Source of the DNA: the human T2T-CHM13v2.0 reference genome, Homo sapiens
DNA length: 64,000 bases
Strand: one strand, 5' to 3'
Assembly (NCBI RefSeq): GCF_009914755.1
Contig: NC_060936.1
Shown: positions 43,566 through 59,740 of the stretch, in pieces
Layout: each line of letters begins with the position of its first letter
Position numbering within the stretch: position 1 is the first letter of the stretch
Notes under the pieces: model-generated
Told to the model about the DNA's origin: nothing
The model's input: the letters and a program-made list of their open reading frames with translations, nothing else
The model's database searches: none
Position numbers and translations under genes: made by a program

Positions 43566-45699
43566 TGGATTCACCCTGGTTGTGTTAACATTTAAGGTAT
43601 TGACAGCAGTAACCACCATCCAGAGTGCCTGCTTTGGTACAGTTGCTATTTCTGACGTACCTTCAAAATAAGGAAGGCATGATAACCCCTCTTGCGCGGG
43701 TAAGAAACTGGGGCTCTAAAAGCTTAAATAGCTGATTTAAGATCACACCAGGAGTAAGAAAGTGGTAGATTCAAAAAGAATCCAGAGAGCCAAAATAGAC
43801 GTGGTGGGAACCCTGAAGTGAGTGCAAGGCTTCCAGAACTTCCCCTGAAATGAGGTCGAGGGGAAGATGCTGAACTTCCAATCAGCATGCGGTCTGGCTT
43901 AGAATCCGGGTTCCATCTGCCTACTTATCCTCTCTGTGTCTCAGTTCCTCCTCCGGGAGGAGGAGGAATAAACAACTGGGATACACAACTATAGGAAGAA
44001 CAGCAAACGTGTTTTTGAAGCCTTCCTACGTGCCAGGCACTTCTGGTGGAGCATTTCTGGTGGAGTAGCTACTTGAATCTGAGGATTGCTGTGGGCAGTG
44101 ATGAGAAACAAGCAAAGGGCGCCGCTCAGCGTCTGGTACATAAAACGTGACTTTCAATCTGACACCCATGATTCATGATTCTGACCTGCTTAGATGGGGC
44201 AGGAAAGAGCATGTGTGCTATCTAGTGGCCAATCTGGGGAAATTCCGTCCGTGATCTAAACAGGAGCCTCAGGAGGAGCAGCAGCTGCATTCCAGCAAAA
44301 CAAGGAGAGCTGATTCCAGCAGTTCATAAAGGTCCATTTAGACCCTTGTTTCTGCAGAGCTGGGGAACCTAGGCTCTCTACCACCCATGTTAGCAATAAA
44401 ACTAACACTGAATGGTGTTCTAAATATTTTACCTGTGGGGGGGGGGTACTATTAATGTTCCCATTTTAAAGACGAGGACACTGAGGTACAGAGAGGTTTA
44501 GTGCAAACTCAAACACACACTGCTAAGAAACAGTGGAGTCAGGATTCAAATGCAGGTCCAGCTGACTCTCTGGCCTCTGGTCTTGATCGTCAATGCATCT
44601 TGCCAATCATGGGAAGGTGGCAGAGCATACTGATAAGGAGGGCTGACTGTGAAGCCAGATTTCCTGCCCAGAAGTTTCCATGCCCCTAAAGCACAGCCCT
44701 CTTTTCCAGATTGGCTCCCTATGGACAGCAAGAACAGAGGCAGATGCTGCAGCCATCACTCCAGGTAACACTTCTGTCGTACTTGCTGTGTGTTGGACAC
44801 TGCCCTAAACATTTCACATATGCTACCCCCTTCAATTTCTGCAACAGTCCTTTGAGGTAGGTATTATTATTATCCCGTTTTACAGATGAAGAAACTGAGG
44901 AACAATGAGGGCAAGTCTCTTGATAGACCTCCTTGGTCCCAACTGCTGAAACTTTGGAGTCTCGGATGACTCAATACCATGCTCTGTTCATTTGGTGAGG
45001 AACGTGGCTTCCCGCCTTGTCACCTACACTCCTCCCCAAGCTCTCCTTCCTCAGTGGGTCCAGCATTTGCGTTGTACACTGAACCTCTGTTGTCAGTGCC
45101 AAGAATGGGAGTTGTTTCCCACCCAGGTTTGCATGGGCTTGAGAAAGGAATCAGCACTTTAGAGTCACCCAGGGCTCAGCATCTTCTAAAAGATCTTTCT
45201 TGCTTCTCCAGGACATTGCCACCAAGGGGTTTCAATGAATGGCACCCACCTGGACAAGGGGGCCTGACTCTTTCCTCTATGTTCAGGACCATGGATAATC
45301 TCATCCCCACACTGCGGAGGTAGCCTGCCTCCACTCATTCATCATCTCTCTTTTGCCTGGGAATCGTTCATAATTCTGGCAGTAACTGCTGCCCCCAGAA
45401 ATAAGGCAGAACAAGTCCTTTCTTGCTGCAACCCCTTCTTACTTAGGGGACATTTAGAATGACCAAAGGAGATTCCACAAATATGTACTGAGCACCTCCT
45501 GCGTACCAAGCACAAAGCATTGTGGGGTGCATACAAGGGAGTCACCATCCTAGTGGTGCTTACATTCTGGCAGGGACAACACGAGATAAGCAATAAATAA
45601 ATGTAAATACATGACAATGTCAGGAAATTCTTGAAGAAGAAGAATAAAGAAGCATAAGGAAATGGAAAGTGATGGGGATGCTCTTTTTTAAATTGTTTT

Positions 45700-46970
<1,271 letters not shown>

Positions 46971-47392
46971 GTTAAAGACAACATGCTATTTACTATGAAA
47001 TCCTCTGCCTCTAGACCCCAGAGGGAAGACCCTGGTGACTTGAAATTGCCTTGGCATGGCTCAATGAAATCTGGGATACTCAGGATCTGGCCCTAGTCCA
47101 GAGTTGGTTTCCTATTTGTGTCATGAATAGTCAGTCCAGCAATGGTTAAGAGTCTTAAAACAGCCAGACAGCCCAGGTTTGAATCTTATCTCTGCATTTA
47201 CTATCTATGAGCCCAGGAAAAGTTATTACATCTCTTTGTGCCTCACTCTTCCTATCTTTGAAATGGTGATAATAGTAGTACTAGAAAGTATTGCTTTATA
47301 AGAACAACATGATGTTAAATGAGTTAATATGCGTGATTTATGGAAAACAATACTGGCACATAGTAGACAGTATTACTGCTCAGCTGTGAGTT

Positions 47393-47470
47393 ACATATGT
47401 GTGTATGTATATATACACATACACGTATACACACATACTATATATATCTGTATATATATGCATATATATA

Positions 47471-47503
<33 letters not shown>
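47393..47503. repeat. (TA)n/(CA)n microsatellite
   Basis: Direct reading. Confidence 0.9.
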
Positions 47504-47508
<5 letters not shown>

Positions 47509-50179
47509 TTTCTACTGTATCCTTAGCTTATCATAGCAGAGAGCAGAGTGGAAAGTTTTCCAGCAAGCCTAGAAAGTCTCTACCACTTATTTCGTTGTGA
47601 AACTGGCAAGTGTCTTATCTCCTGGAGCCTTAGTTTCCTTATTCACAAAATGAATTAAAATGCTCTTTCCGTATTATTGGATGAATTAAATGCTGCAGCA
47701 ATATGACACATCTTAGCACAGTGGCCCATAATATGTGTTTTATCAATGTTAACCATTAATATGACAAAGATTTTAATGATGATGATTAAAGGAGGAGGAG
47801 GAGGAAGAAGAGGAGGAGGGAGGAGGAAAGAACAGAGATTGGGATCAGGAAGCTGGTTCTCTGTCCAGCTTGGGTATTAAGAGGTTTCTAATCTTGGGCT
47901 TTAGTTTCTGTAACATGTGGGTATTAGATTTATCGGCGCAGCAAACCCTTTTGAGTTTCATATTCAGAGACCTGTGGGATCCTCTGAAGGGCTGAGGCTG
48001 GCCAGATGATACTTGAAAAGTCAGCTCCACTTCAATCAATGTGTCAACCTCATTTATTTTTCAGAAGTACAGTCACTACATTTGTTCAGCTCCCAAATGC
48101 ACAGCCTCATTTTCCTTTCTCCTCCCACCAGAGAAACAACATTCTTCCCCACAGACCTCAGTCAGGGTGCACCACCTTGACTCAGGGCTGTGCAGGCTGG
48201 CTGGCGCTCAGCGAACGCCAGAGGGCAGCAGAACCAGCATATTTCTAGCTCTGGGTGACTTTTTCCTTCTCCAGAGGAAAATTCTTATCGGGCCACCTGG
48301 CTTCATTCAGCCCTCTTGGTAGGAGAAACAAGACAAAATAAAACAAAACGAAAACAAAAAATTTGAAGAACTTGAGAAAGTTGCCAAGACTCAGAGGATT
48401 CAAGTCTTTGTAAAAAGAAGACAAAGATCAAAACAGCTCACCACATCCCAGACCTCTGAGCTCTGCACCTTGTCGCAGAGGCTGTGAGGGACCCCGAGGT
48501 AGCACTGCGAGGCTGCAGGGTGCTCACCTGAGTCCAGGGGCCTTTGGTGGCTTCAGGACCCCATCATCTTCAAGAAAAGGTCCAAAACACAGCCAGGCCA
48601 GAGAAGTGGCAAAGCCTGGGGACTCATCATACACACTTTGGAGCCAGACCACCTAGCTCCAATCTCTACTTTGGAACTTTGTGCAAATTACTTAAGCCCT
48701 CTGTTCCCTAGTTTCCCATTTACAAAATAGCTATACTAATAGTACGTCCTTCAGAGGGTTGATGGGAGGATTAAAATGAACTCATGTATGAAGAGTTCTT
48801 AGAATGGTGTCTGGCACACAAGTGCTTCTAAGTATCTGATAGTGGTATTATCATTATAGAAGGACAAGTGAGAAAGGGTGAGAAGCTCTGGTGCTCACTT
48901 CCTCCAGGCAGCAGCCCAGCTCCACATTTGATCTATTCCCTTACATAAAGTTAATGCCCTTGGGTGCAGCCTATTTGTCTTCTAGGGTAGGATGAGGACC
49001 CAGGTCAGACCTAACCATTAAGAGAAATTCACCAGCTGTCATGTTGGAGAGCAGGGACAAAGCCTGAGGAACAAGACCAGGGAGAGGCACCTGGGTGCTG
49101 GGTGTTGGGGACTGGGGGTCGATCCCTGATGTGGCTCACTTCCCAGCTTGCAGAGTTGTGAAGCAGGCAATGTGAGGACCTCAGGAGAGACCACAGAGGA
49201 CCCCAGACAAACTCAGTGCCGAGCCTTGACACATGTGCTGACTCTTTACATTGTGCAAAGGGTGTGCACATCCTGGGTTTGAAGCCAGCAGGTCTGAGTT
49301 CAAGTCTCATCTTTCCCACCCACACAACATGGAAGTCTGAGCAAACTACTTAATTCCTGCGTCTCTGGCTTTGCATCTGTGAAATGGGCAAGGTGCTGAG
49401 CACTTGCCTGCCTCCTTCTTTGGGGTGGGAAGAAACTGACCCAAAACAGGTGCATCTGTGGCATCAGTCCTTGCACCTGAGCCTCATAATAAACTCCAGA
49501 GTTGCTTGTCTGACTAAGATAGTGGTCCCAGAGGCCACTAGAGGCCAAGCCAGTCCATGCTTATGTCTCTAACCTCTGCACCTGGGCTCTTCTGATTTTT
49601 CCCAGGCAAAAAGGTAGGACTACCCTTTTTCCTCTAAAGTTACATTTTCTTGAGCGCTTATTATGCACCAGATACTGTGCTAAGTGCTTTACTTTCATCA
49701 TCTCCTTTAATTCGCAAAACAGTCCCAGGTGGTAGACATTATTGCTGTTCACTGATGAGCAAATAGGCTCAAAGAGACAAAGTGATTTGCTTAAGATCAC
49801 TGAGCTAGCTGAGCCGAAAGAACAATTTTGCAGCCGATGCACTTCACCAAAAAGCAATGCTGGGCTTAGAATAAAGGTGTGGTGGTGGTGAAGGGGTGCT
49901 TTTAAATTTTAGATTCCTTTTCTCCCACCTTGAGAAGGAAAGGAAGCGTGACAAACTAAGGCTCTAAAGGTGCTTGAAGAAGATCCCTAGGACAGCCTTG
50001 AGTCTGCCCCATCCTGAGCATCCCTGGATTTAGGGATAGTCACTTTTTAACCTAAGTTCTCTTCACATACCCCTTATTTTCTTTAGTGAAGGCTGCAGGT
50101 CCCTTCCCCCTACCCGGTCTCTCTCACAAAGCTGGAAATAGAGACTGACCCCAGCGACCCAGGCCTCCGTTTTGAAAAG

Positions 50180-50580
50180 TTAAATCAGATTAGCTCATTA
50201 ATGGCCTTGCCAAATACCTCGGCCGGTGGGCTGGCCTCTGTGAGCCCCTTAACAGCCTCTCCGGCGGGCGGCTGGGCTCCGCGGTTAATGAATGACTTGG
50301 GCAGGCTGGGGCAACAGAGGCCCTCTGTGGAGCGGAGGCACCCGGTGGGGGCAGATCATTAATAAATATTGATTTGGCTCCAAAGGAAGCAGCCCGCTGG
50401 AGAGCTGGCCCTGGACACCCACGTAGTGGTCCCATTAAGTCGGGGTCAACTGCTCAGCCGGGACGCCAAGGGGTGGCTGGCTCAGGAGCACCACTGAGCA
50501 AAAGACCCCCCAGGCCTGGCCAGAGCCTGCTTCCTGGCCAGTGGGTCAGAGGAGGCCCATTCAATTTACAGCAGTTCAAG
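50180..50580. promoter_or_regulatory. Candidate intronic enhancer (intron 3)
   Basis: Non-repetitive, locally CpG-enriched; HNF1-like GTTAATGAATGAC (50284-50296), overlapping FOXA/ONECUT-like AATAAATATTGATTT (50361-50375), several TAAT/ATTA cores. Confidence 0.5.
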
Positions 50581-53500
50581 GTGCAGGCTGAGTCCAATCT
50601 TAGCCCCTCCCTCCACCCGATGTTCACCAGCCCCAGGGGTTAGCCAGCAAGGCACCCAGGCTTGCCTCCAGCCTGTCTCAGAGAGAGCAATAAATCCTGG
50701 TTTCTTGGGTCTGAAATAGAAGGCTGTTTTCACCACCTCCTCCCAGGCTCCCGGATGTCTCCTCTTAGGCAATGGCCTCCAGCCCCCCAGAGAAGCAGTC
50801 CCTGTGTGCTGATCTCCACAGCTCCCACAAAGGAAGAAGAGATGGCATGCCAACATCCTGCAGGAGGAAGACTTTTGAGGGTTTTATTCTTCTCTTTTAA
50901 GTAGCTTCTACTTTCTTTCTGGAGAAGGAATGCTCTTCAGGAAGCTCTTGGCAAGAATGATGAGCCAAAGGCTGGCTGATGATGCCCAGCTATTACCCTC
51001 TGCCTCCTGGAGACAGCAGTGGTCAGAAGTCAGGAGTGGTGATTTTAGGACAAAGCATCTGTTCTCTCTGTTCACATGGAAAAATAAGAATCCCCAAACC
51101 AGATGAATAAAAGGGATCTCACACATGAAGTAAAGAGTGAAACTGTGCTTAATAAGCGGAGGGAGTGAGTGAATAGATATGAGTGGAATTATGAATAAAT
51201 AAAATAACCTGTAGGGCTATTTATTCCAACCACCCACCTAAATTACAACTACCCTCCCAATATCCTTTTTAAGATACTATGTATCTCATAAACATTATCC
51301 ATTGGCAGGTTGGCCCCCATATCCCCAAATATCTAATTCTGTCTTCTGAGAGCTCACCATTGCATTGAGATCTGGTTACCTGTCACTGACAACCCTAGTT
51401 ATGGTCAAGCAACATTGGGTCAAACAGAAGACATCTAAAGCCTCCTCCATGTATTGGTTATGTCACTCCAGGAGCACTTATTTGGCCCTGCTCCCCTTCT
51501 TCTCATCAACTGACCCCACGCCTGGGCTCAGTGCCTTGGTGCACCTCCTAAGACTACTGAGGCATGCCATCTTCTCTATCATTGCCATGTATTATGCCAT
51601 GTAGCCACAACCTACTAGATTACAAAATGCATGGGTCTAGGCACCATGTCTGTCTTTTTCACTATTGCATCCTATCATGTGGCTGACACCGAGTGGGCAC
51701 TCAATCAATATCGGTAGCATAAATGATCAACTGAATTAGGAGATAGATGTGAATGAGAGAGGAAGTTGGCAACGCTGACTCTGTGCTGTTTGAGAAGGAG
51801 TAGTAAGAGAAGGAAGAAAATCCCAACAGTCAAGGTTTTTAAAAAGTAAGGGCCACATAATTCATAACATGCTAAGGAAAGAGAGAATTCCTGGGGGATA
51901 TTTGTATCAAATGCTACAAAAATGTCGAAGAGGATGAAAAAAAGAGAGGCTATTGGTTTTGAGTATTGTCAGAATGGTACAAGAGAAAGGAAGATGAGAA
52001 GAAAAAAGGGAAAGAAGAAAGAAGGAAGCAAGGAGGAAAGAGGATGGTGGAAGTAGGGAAGGAACGAGGAAGAAAGAAGGGAAGGAGAAAGAAAAGCTGC
52101 ATGAAAAGCTGACCTTCTATCTCATATGCCAGTGCCATGTGCAATCTAGCACAAAGTCAAGTGGATGATGTTAAGCACAAAAAATATTTGGAAATGAGAG
52201 ATCATTCACAGGGACCCTCATACAATCCCACACATGAAGTTGTCTCCGTGGCTGCTAGGTAAGCCTGGCTTCAATGAGGTGGTGGCTGCCACCAACTCTT
52301 TATATATTATTATTGGCCTGCTAAGTGTCTATGTCCACGGAGCTGGTGGTGACAAGTGACCTGTTATTGGCTGGGGTTATAGATCATAGAGAGCTCTCCC
52401 TATTGAAACTTAAGGATGTCTAAGATCAAGGGCCTATTCAACTCAAGCAAGTCCAATTTGATCTTTCAAGCACCCTTATGCACAGGGTACTCCACATAAT
52501 CCCCTCCATGAGCCACAGGAATTGGGAGAGTGGGTCTTTGCTCCATTTCACAGATGAAGGAGAAGCGGTCATCCATCTGGAAGGGTGTCAGATGGAATTC
52601 AAACCTAGCTAGTAGTGTACAAAATGGAGACCCAAATCCTGGCTCTTGACTCTAAATTCATGGCCCTTAGTGCATCACGACAATACTCCCTCAATCCAGC
52701 ATGATGGCAAAGTGATATTTAGTTAGTCATTCCATGTCCTTTTACTTCCTTCTTCAATTGAGAGAACACACCTGTCACACAGAGAAAATGTATTCCCAGT
52801 CTAAATTTTTCTACCTTTCACAATCTTTTGGACTGACCCAAATGGCATTTCACGGTTGCCTTTGTTTATCAAACTTCAGGAGTTTTGGGAGTTTGGACTT
52901 GCTCAACCCTAAGATTCATTGTGTACCCTTATGAGAGACTTAAGGGTAAGTTTACTTGTAACCTTTTGCATGGGCCCTACACGCTAGGCACTTTATGCAA
53001 ATTATATCATATAATCCACACAACCACACTGGTACCTGGATTTCTTCATTTGCAGATGAGAAAATTGAGGCCTAAAGAGGGAAAGCAACTTGGCCGAACA
53101 GCTACAGCCCAGGAATTGAACTGGAAAATCCATGCAACCTTTTAATTATACCTTTCTGACTTGTTTTCTAATATTGAAAACAAGAATAATACTATGTTTG
53201 CTTTAGCTGCCTGAGTTGGTTGTTGCAAAGCTTAAATGAGATAACCTAATGCGAAAGAATTTGGAAAACACTGGGTGTGGCATATCACTGAGGGATTCCT
53301 CTTAGAATGAGAGCCTCCTTATAATTTTGTAATCTTCCTGAGCTTGAAGCTCTGTGACCTGGCAAACTAGATGGGCTGCAGAAATAGCATTTGCTCAGGA
53401 TCTTCCTTTGCCAATGAATAGAGTTGCCTGTGACTGACTGCAGGGAGCAGACAGTCTACCAAGGATATGAAGGGACTCTGCTTCCCACTCCTGGGTTGGT

Positions 53501-54227
53501 GTCACCTCCCCCTGAATGGGCTGATCCTCTCAGCTGGAGTCTGCTTGTCTCAGTGAGGCAGTTTGCTGAAACGAGTGACCTCCCCAGCTGCCAGGACTTA
53601 GTGCTACATCAGTGCATCCAGCAAGCATCCAGGTAAAGACTGAAAAAGACAGCCAATCCTGTGTGTTTTTGCAAACATGCAGATACTTGGTCTCCTGCAG
53701 ACACAGAGCCACATACATCTACAGCTGTGAAAGGCACACATGGAATGCACAAAGTGAAATGCACGGGAGAAGGTTTAGAACTGAGAAGAGGGCAATGGGA
53801 AGGTGGAGACAGAAAAGCCAAGCAGAGGAAAGGAGAGAGGAAAGAAAAGTGCAGGTGGTGGGAGTGGGGAAAAACTCTAACCAGATGGATTCCCTTCCAG
53901 CCCTAAGCGGCTTCTCTCTAAAAATTCTTAACTCTTTGGGAACCATAGCCCCTTTGAAAAATCTTGTCTCCTAAAAATTATGCATGCACACCCATGTATT
54001 ATCTTGCCCACAATCCCAGGGGCTTTTCAGAGCCCTCTAAGGAATCCTATCCTCCCTTCAACCCCAATTGATCTGAAATGTCAGCTTTACTCAGCACAGT
54101 TCTTCAGGTCAGCAATGTTGAAGCAGAAGAAACTCAAGAAGGCAAGGAGGGGCAACAAGAGGGAAGGAATGACTATAATGATGTTGCTTTTGTCTTCTCA
54201 CAGTAATCATAAGTGTTCCCAGACAAC

Positions 54228-54273
<46 letters not shown>

Positions 54274-54404
54274 GATAGATGATTGATGGACAGATAGATA
54301 GGTAGATAGATGATAGATAGACAGGTGTAGATGATAGATGATGGATAGATAGACGGATAGATAGATAGACAGATAGATAGATAGATAGATAGACAGGCAG
54401 ATAG
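54228..54404. repeat. PAH intron-3 (TCTA)n/(ATAG)n compound STR
   Basis: Two ATAG arrays separated by degenerate units; the classical PKU linkage marker. Confidence 0.95.
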
Positions 54405-55587
54405 GTCTTTCTGCTTTCCACAGAACCAGTAGTTGTTCTGGCAATTTGAACTCACTTTTCTTCCCCACCAGGACCCTTATAATCACCATAGATTAAACAA
54501 AACCCAACAGATATTTATCTGCTCTTGGAAAATAACTGCAAACATATTTCTCAAATGGTGATGTTCCTAACTTCTGTCTACCCAAGACATTGTGTCTGTC
54601 TGCTTCTCCTGGCTGCAATCTCTCTCCACGTAGGAATTTTCTAGCCCCCACTAAATGTAATGTCATGCAGTCGACTCAAAGGGAAAGGTAAAAGGATTAG
54701 TAGATTGATCGATGAAAGATATTAATGCTCTTTCATGTTGGGTTGAAGAAGGATTTGAAGTCATCAGGAAAGAGGGTAGCAGGAGAATAGACCTCAAGTA
54801 TTCAAAAGACTCTCTGGATTAAAATCCTATTAAATTCACATCAGCTTCTCCAGGAGGCATTTGAGAAGGTTGGGGTTTCTTTACCATGTCGCTGTAATTA
54901 ACCTTCTCTTAAGCTGTTTTGGGTGGGGAACTTTCGCAATTAAGAAACTGAAAAACTTTTATTTTCTATCACCCACATGGCTTTTTGAATGGTTTAAAAA
55001 CTAGAGTGGAAAGTAGTTTAGCTTAATTGATTTGAGGGGTTCAGATCTCCTACTTGAACCTGCTGTCAGACTCGCCTCTGAGATCTGAGCCCCACAATAA
55101 AAAGGGCATTTTGTCCGGAGAAAGAATCAAAGGTTCAGATCTACTACAATGCTTTTCTTCCTCTGACTGTTCTCCCACTGAGTCCTATAGAAAGGGCAAC
55201 TTTGCAAAGGAATGGTTGTTCCCCTTAAGAAAAACCTGTTTCTTGGCCCAGACCCCACTTCACGGAAACTACCACAGAAACCCAAAGAGTCTTTCTTGGC
55301 AGATGCCAGGTCGTGGCATGTCAACATCAGCTCTCTCATTACAGGTATGGTAAGGTCAGGTGGGGGCAGCCACTATGGGATTGGGTGACCAATCATCTGA
55401 AGAAATAAGGGTCACAAAACACATGTTATTTTAAAGGGTTGGTCTTAGCTAGTTTTTCTTCCCTAGGGAAAATGTCATCCCACTTCAAATATCAACAACT
55501 TTGACATTTTGAGCAAGAAAGCGAGAAGCCCCATTAGGGAATTGAATCTGTGCTTCCTCCAGGCTCCAATAAACCCAACTTTTATTA

Positions 55588-55919
<332 letters not shown>

Positions 55920-57235
55920 TTAGCTTTTTTACTTTCTTACTTCCTGGATCCTCAGAGCTAAACATGAGTGGAGAACAGGCGGAATCACACCAACCCTGTC
56001 TTTGTCACAGCACCTGTCCCTCTATTCTACTTACCTGGGTGTGTCTTCCCCTTTGCCAGGCTGTGAGCTCCTTAAGAACAGGCAGATTGACCCTTTCTTT
56101 CCTAGCACTGTGCCCGGCACAGAGCTGCTCTCAACACACCCTTGCGCATGACCCCCCAGAACCCACTGTTTGCCTTAAGGCAAGTCACAGCCTCTGTTTT
56201 CACAATGAAAAATGAAGGGGTCTGTAGGGCTGCATGACCTCTCAGGTCATTTTCCAGTTGCCAGACTCTGAAAAAGTAGCTGTGTACAGGCTGCATTTTG
56301 GTCGCTCTTGTGCTCATGCCAGTGTTTATAATAATAATGATGATAATGGTAAGAATAGAGAATAACTTTAAGTCCTTAATTAAACATGCTCTGCTCTGTT
56401 CCCAGTGCTTCACTTGTGTGATTTCACCAATCCTATAAGGCAGAGGCTCTTGTGACTCCCCTTTGATACAGTGGGAGACTGCAAGGGTCAATGATTTGCT
56501 CAAAGTCACACCGAGTGTGGTCGCCGTGCTTCCTGAATCTGCACTCTTAACTCCCCCTCAATGTCCCCACTAAGAACCTCCTTTCTGAGCCTCCAGTTCA
56601 GGCTGCCGGCTCTCCAGCTGGTTTACTATATATTCCCTGGCTCCTCCAGGGGCTGGCTGTCTGCCTGTCAATTGCTTTGATTTCCTTCCTCATGGCCCCA
56701 GCTGGCCCAGCCTCCACCTGCTCCAACCAGAGGCTGAATTGCCCCAGGATCTGGCAGGCCCTTTGTCCAAAGGGTCTGCAGCTCCTGTTGAGAGCAGGTG
56801 GCCGGAAAAAAGCAAGGGAGGGCAGTCATTGGGGAAGCAGCTTGGGAGGCTGAAAAGGAAAGAAGGCAGGATAGGACTAATCCAGGGAGGAATTCCAAGT
56901 GCCTGCCCTCCAGGGACCTGAGCCCATCTGCATGGCTGTCCACTCTCCACAAGGCCAGAACACTGGAGTGGGCTTTCCTTGCCTTGGTTATACCTACAGG
57001 AGAATGAAGGCAGAGATGAGTCTCCTAGAAAGGCCATGGAGCTACCTTTTAAAAAATGTTTCAGTGGCCTGTTTTACGGGGTGGATCTTGTCTCATTTTA
57101 AAGCATCTCTGCCTATTCAAATGCTTCTTTCAGCTATGGTGCCTGAACTCCTCTTGACCCAAAGTCTTTCCAAGTGTTTTTGAAAGAAACTCGATTTTAC
57201 AGTAGAAAAAAAATAATTTTTTAAAGAAGTTAACC

Positions 57236-57925
57236 TCAGCAATCACATTCTTAGGTATTTACTTGAATCAGTTGAAAACTTATCTTCACACAAAAAAACT
57301 GCACATAAATGTTTATTCACAGCTTTATTCATAATCATCAAAAATTGGAAGCAACCAAGATGTCCTTCAATAGGTGAATGAATAAACAAACTGTGGTACA
57401 TCTTGACCATGGAATATTATTCAGGAACAAAAAGAAATGAGCTATCAAGTCACAGAAAGACATGGAGGATTTGTAAATATGTATTGCTAAATGGAGGAAG
57501 CCAGTCTGAAAAGGCTACATACTGTATGATTTCAACTATGTGACATTCTTGAAAAAGCAAAACTATGGAGCTAGCAAAAAGAGCAGTGGTTGCTGGAAGG
57601 AGTCTGTAAAGAAGAAGGAATGAATAGCTGGAGCACAGGGCATTTTTTAGGGCAATGAAACTATTCTGTATGACATTGAAATGGTAGATACATGACATTA
57701 CGCATTTGTCAAAACCAATAAAACTGTAAAATACAAAGCATGATCCCGAATATAAACTATGGACTTCAATTAGTGATAATATATCAATATCGGCTCATCA
57801 GTTCTAAAAAAAAATACCACACAAATGCAAGATGTTAATAGAAGAAACTGAGGTAGGGATGAAAGACCTGGGAACTCTCTGTACTTTCTGTGCAGTTTTT
57901 CTGTAAACCTAATACTGCTCTTTTA
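57236..57925 (+). mobile_element. Old L1M (L1MC/ME-like) 3' region
   Basis: cagcaatcacattcttaggtattt..aaaattggaagcaaccaagatgtccttcaataggtgaatg..ggaactctctgtactttctg. Confidence 0.8.
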
Positions 57926-57938
57926 AAAAGTCTATTAA

Positions 57939-58336
<398 letters not shown>

Positions 58337-58914
58337 CTAATCATAATCATAATAACAACCACATGCTATCATTTGTCCAGCCCTACAGTGCACCAGGCAC
58401 TGTTCTAAGCACTGTTTATGTATGACTTCATTTAATCCTCACAAAAGCCCTATGAAAAATTGAGGTCAGGGCAGTTAAAGCAATTTGTCAGGGTATCAAA
58501 CTCAATATGTGGAAGAAGTAGGACTTGAACCACAGTCTATTCAACTTCAAGCCCACACTTATAATTTCTATACTCTACCACCCTTTTCCTCCCCGGAGGA
58601 TGAGTAGCATTTCAGTACGTAAATAATGGGACAATGCAAGTTTTGACAACTCCTATATTAGTCATTCACTCAGAAATATGTGCAGAGCACCTGTGTACCA
58701 AGCAGTGTGCTAAACTCTGAGGATATAAATATAGGTAAGAGAGTCTACCTGCCCACAAGGAGATTGTATGAGAAGAAGAGACAGATAAGAAGATGGAAAA
58801 TGACAATGAAAGCCCTAGTAACAAGGAGCCAGGTGTCTCCAGCTCTGGAATTGGCATGTTACAAAAAGGACTTGAAGAGATCCCTTTGGTTGGAGTGGAG
58901 AGATTCAAAAATCC

Positions 58915-59272
58915 ATTCAATCATCTTGAGTTGATTTTTGTATATGGTAAAAGGCAGTGGTCCAGTTTCAATTTTCTGCATATGGCTTTCGAGTTATCCC
59001 AGCAGTATTTATTGACTAGGAATTCCTTTCTTCATTGCTTGCTTTCATGGGTTTTGTTGAAAATTAGATACTACTTATTGGGTATTATGCTGATTACCTG
59101 GGTGACAAAATTATCTGTATACCAAATTCCCATGACACACAATTTACCCGTGTAACAAACCTGTACATATAACCCTGAATTTAAAATAAAAGTCAAAAGA
59201 AAAAAGAGAGAGAAAAATAAAAATAAATAAAAATTAAAAGCTTATAAAGTAAAAAAAAAAAAAGAAAAAAGA
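58915..59272. mobile_element. Short 5'-inverted L1 (old L1PA-like): antisense ORF2 piece plus sense 3' UTR and poly(A)
   Basis: 58915-59070 is antisense L1 (catcttgagttgatttttgtatatgg); 59070-59272 is a sense 3' end (cccatgacacacaatttacccgtgtaacaaacctg..aataaa..An). Confidence 0.75.
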
Positions 59273-59548
59273 AATAGCTATCTTTAGGAAGGGGAAAAAT
59301 AACTAAAATTCACTATATGTCTAAAATATACCAGGCACTTGCCTAGGTCCCCAACCTATGTCCACTCATTTAATCCCCCAAACAGTCTTCCAAGGCATTA
59401 TTTCCAATACATATATATTAATTTTGCTTCCGCAAAATAACAGCAATATATATTAAATATACATATATTTAAATATGCTGTTAAATATGTATATTGCTGT
59501 TATTTTATGAAGACAGTGTGGAGTTACTTATGTTGCAAAATTCCTCTA

Positions 59549-59740
<192 letters not shown>

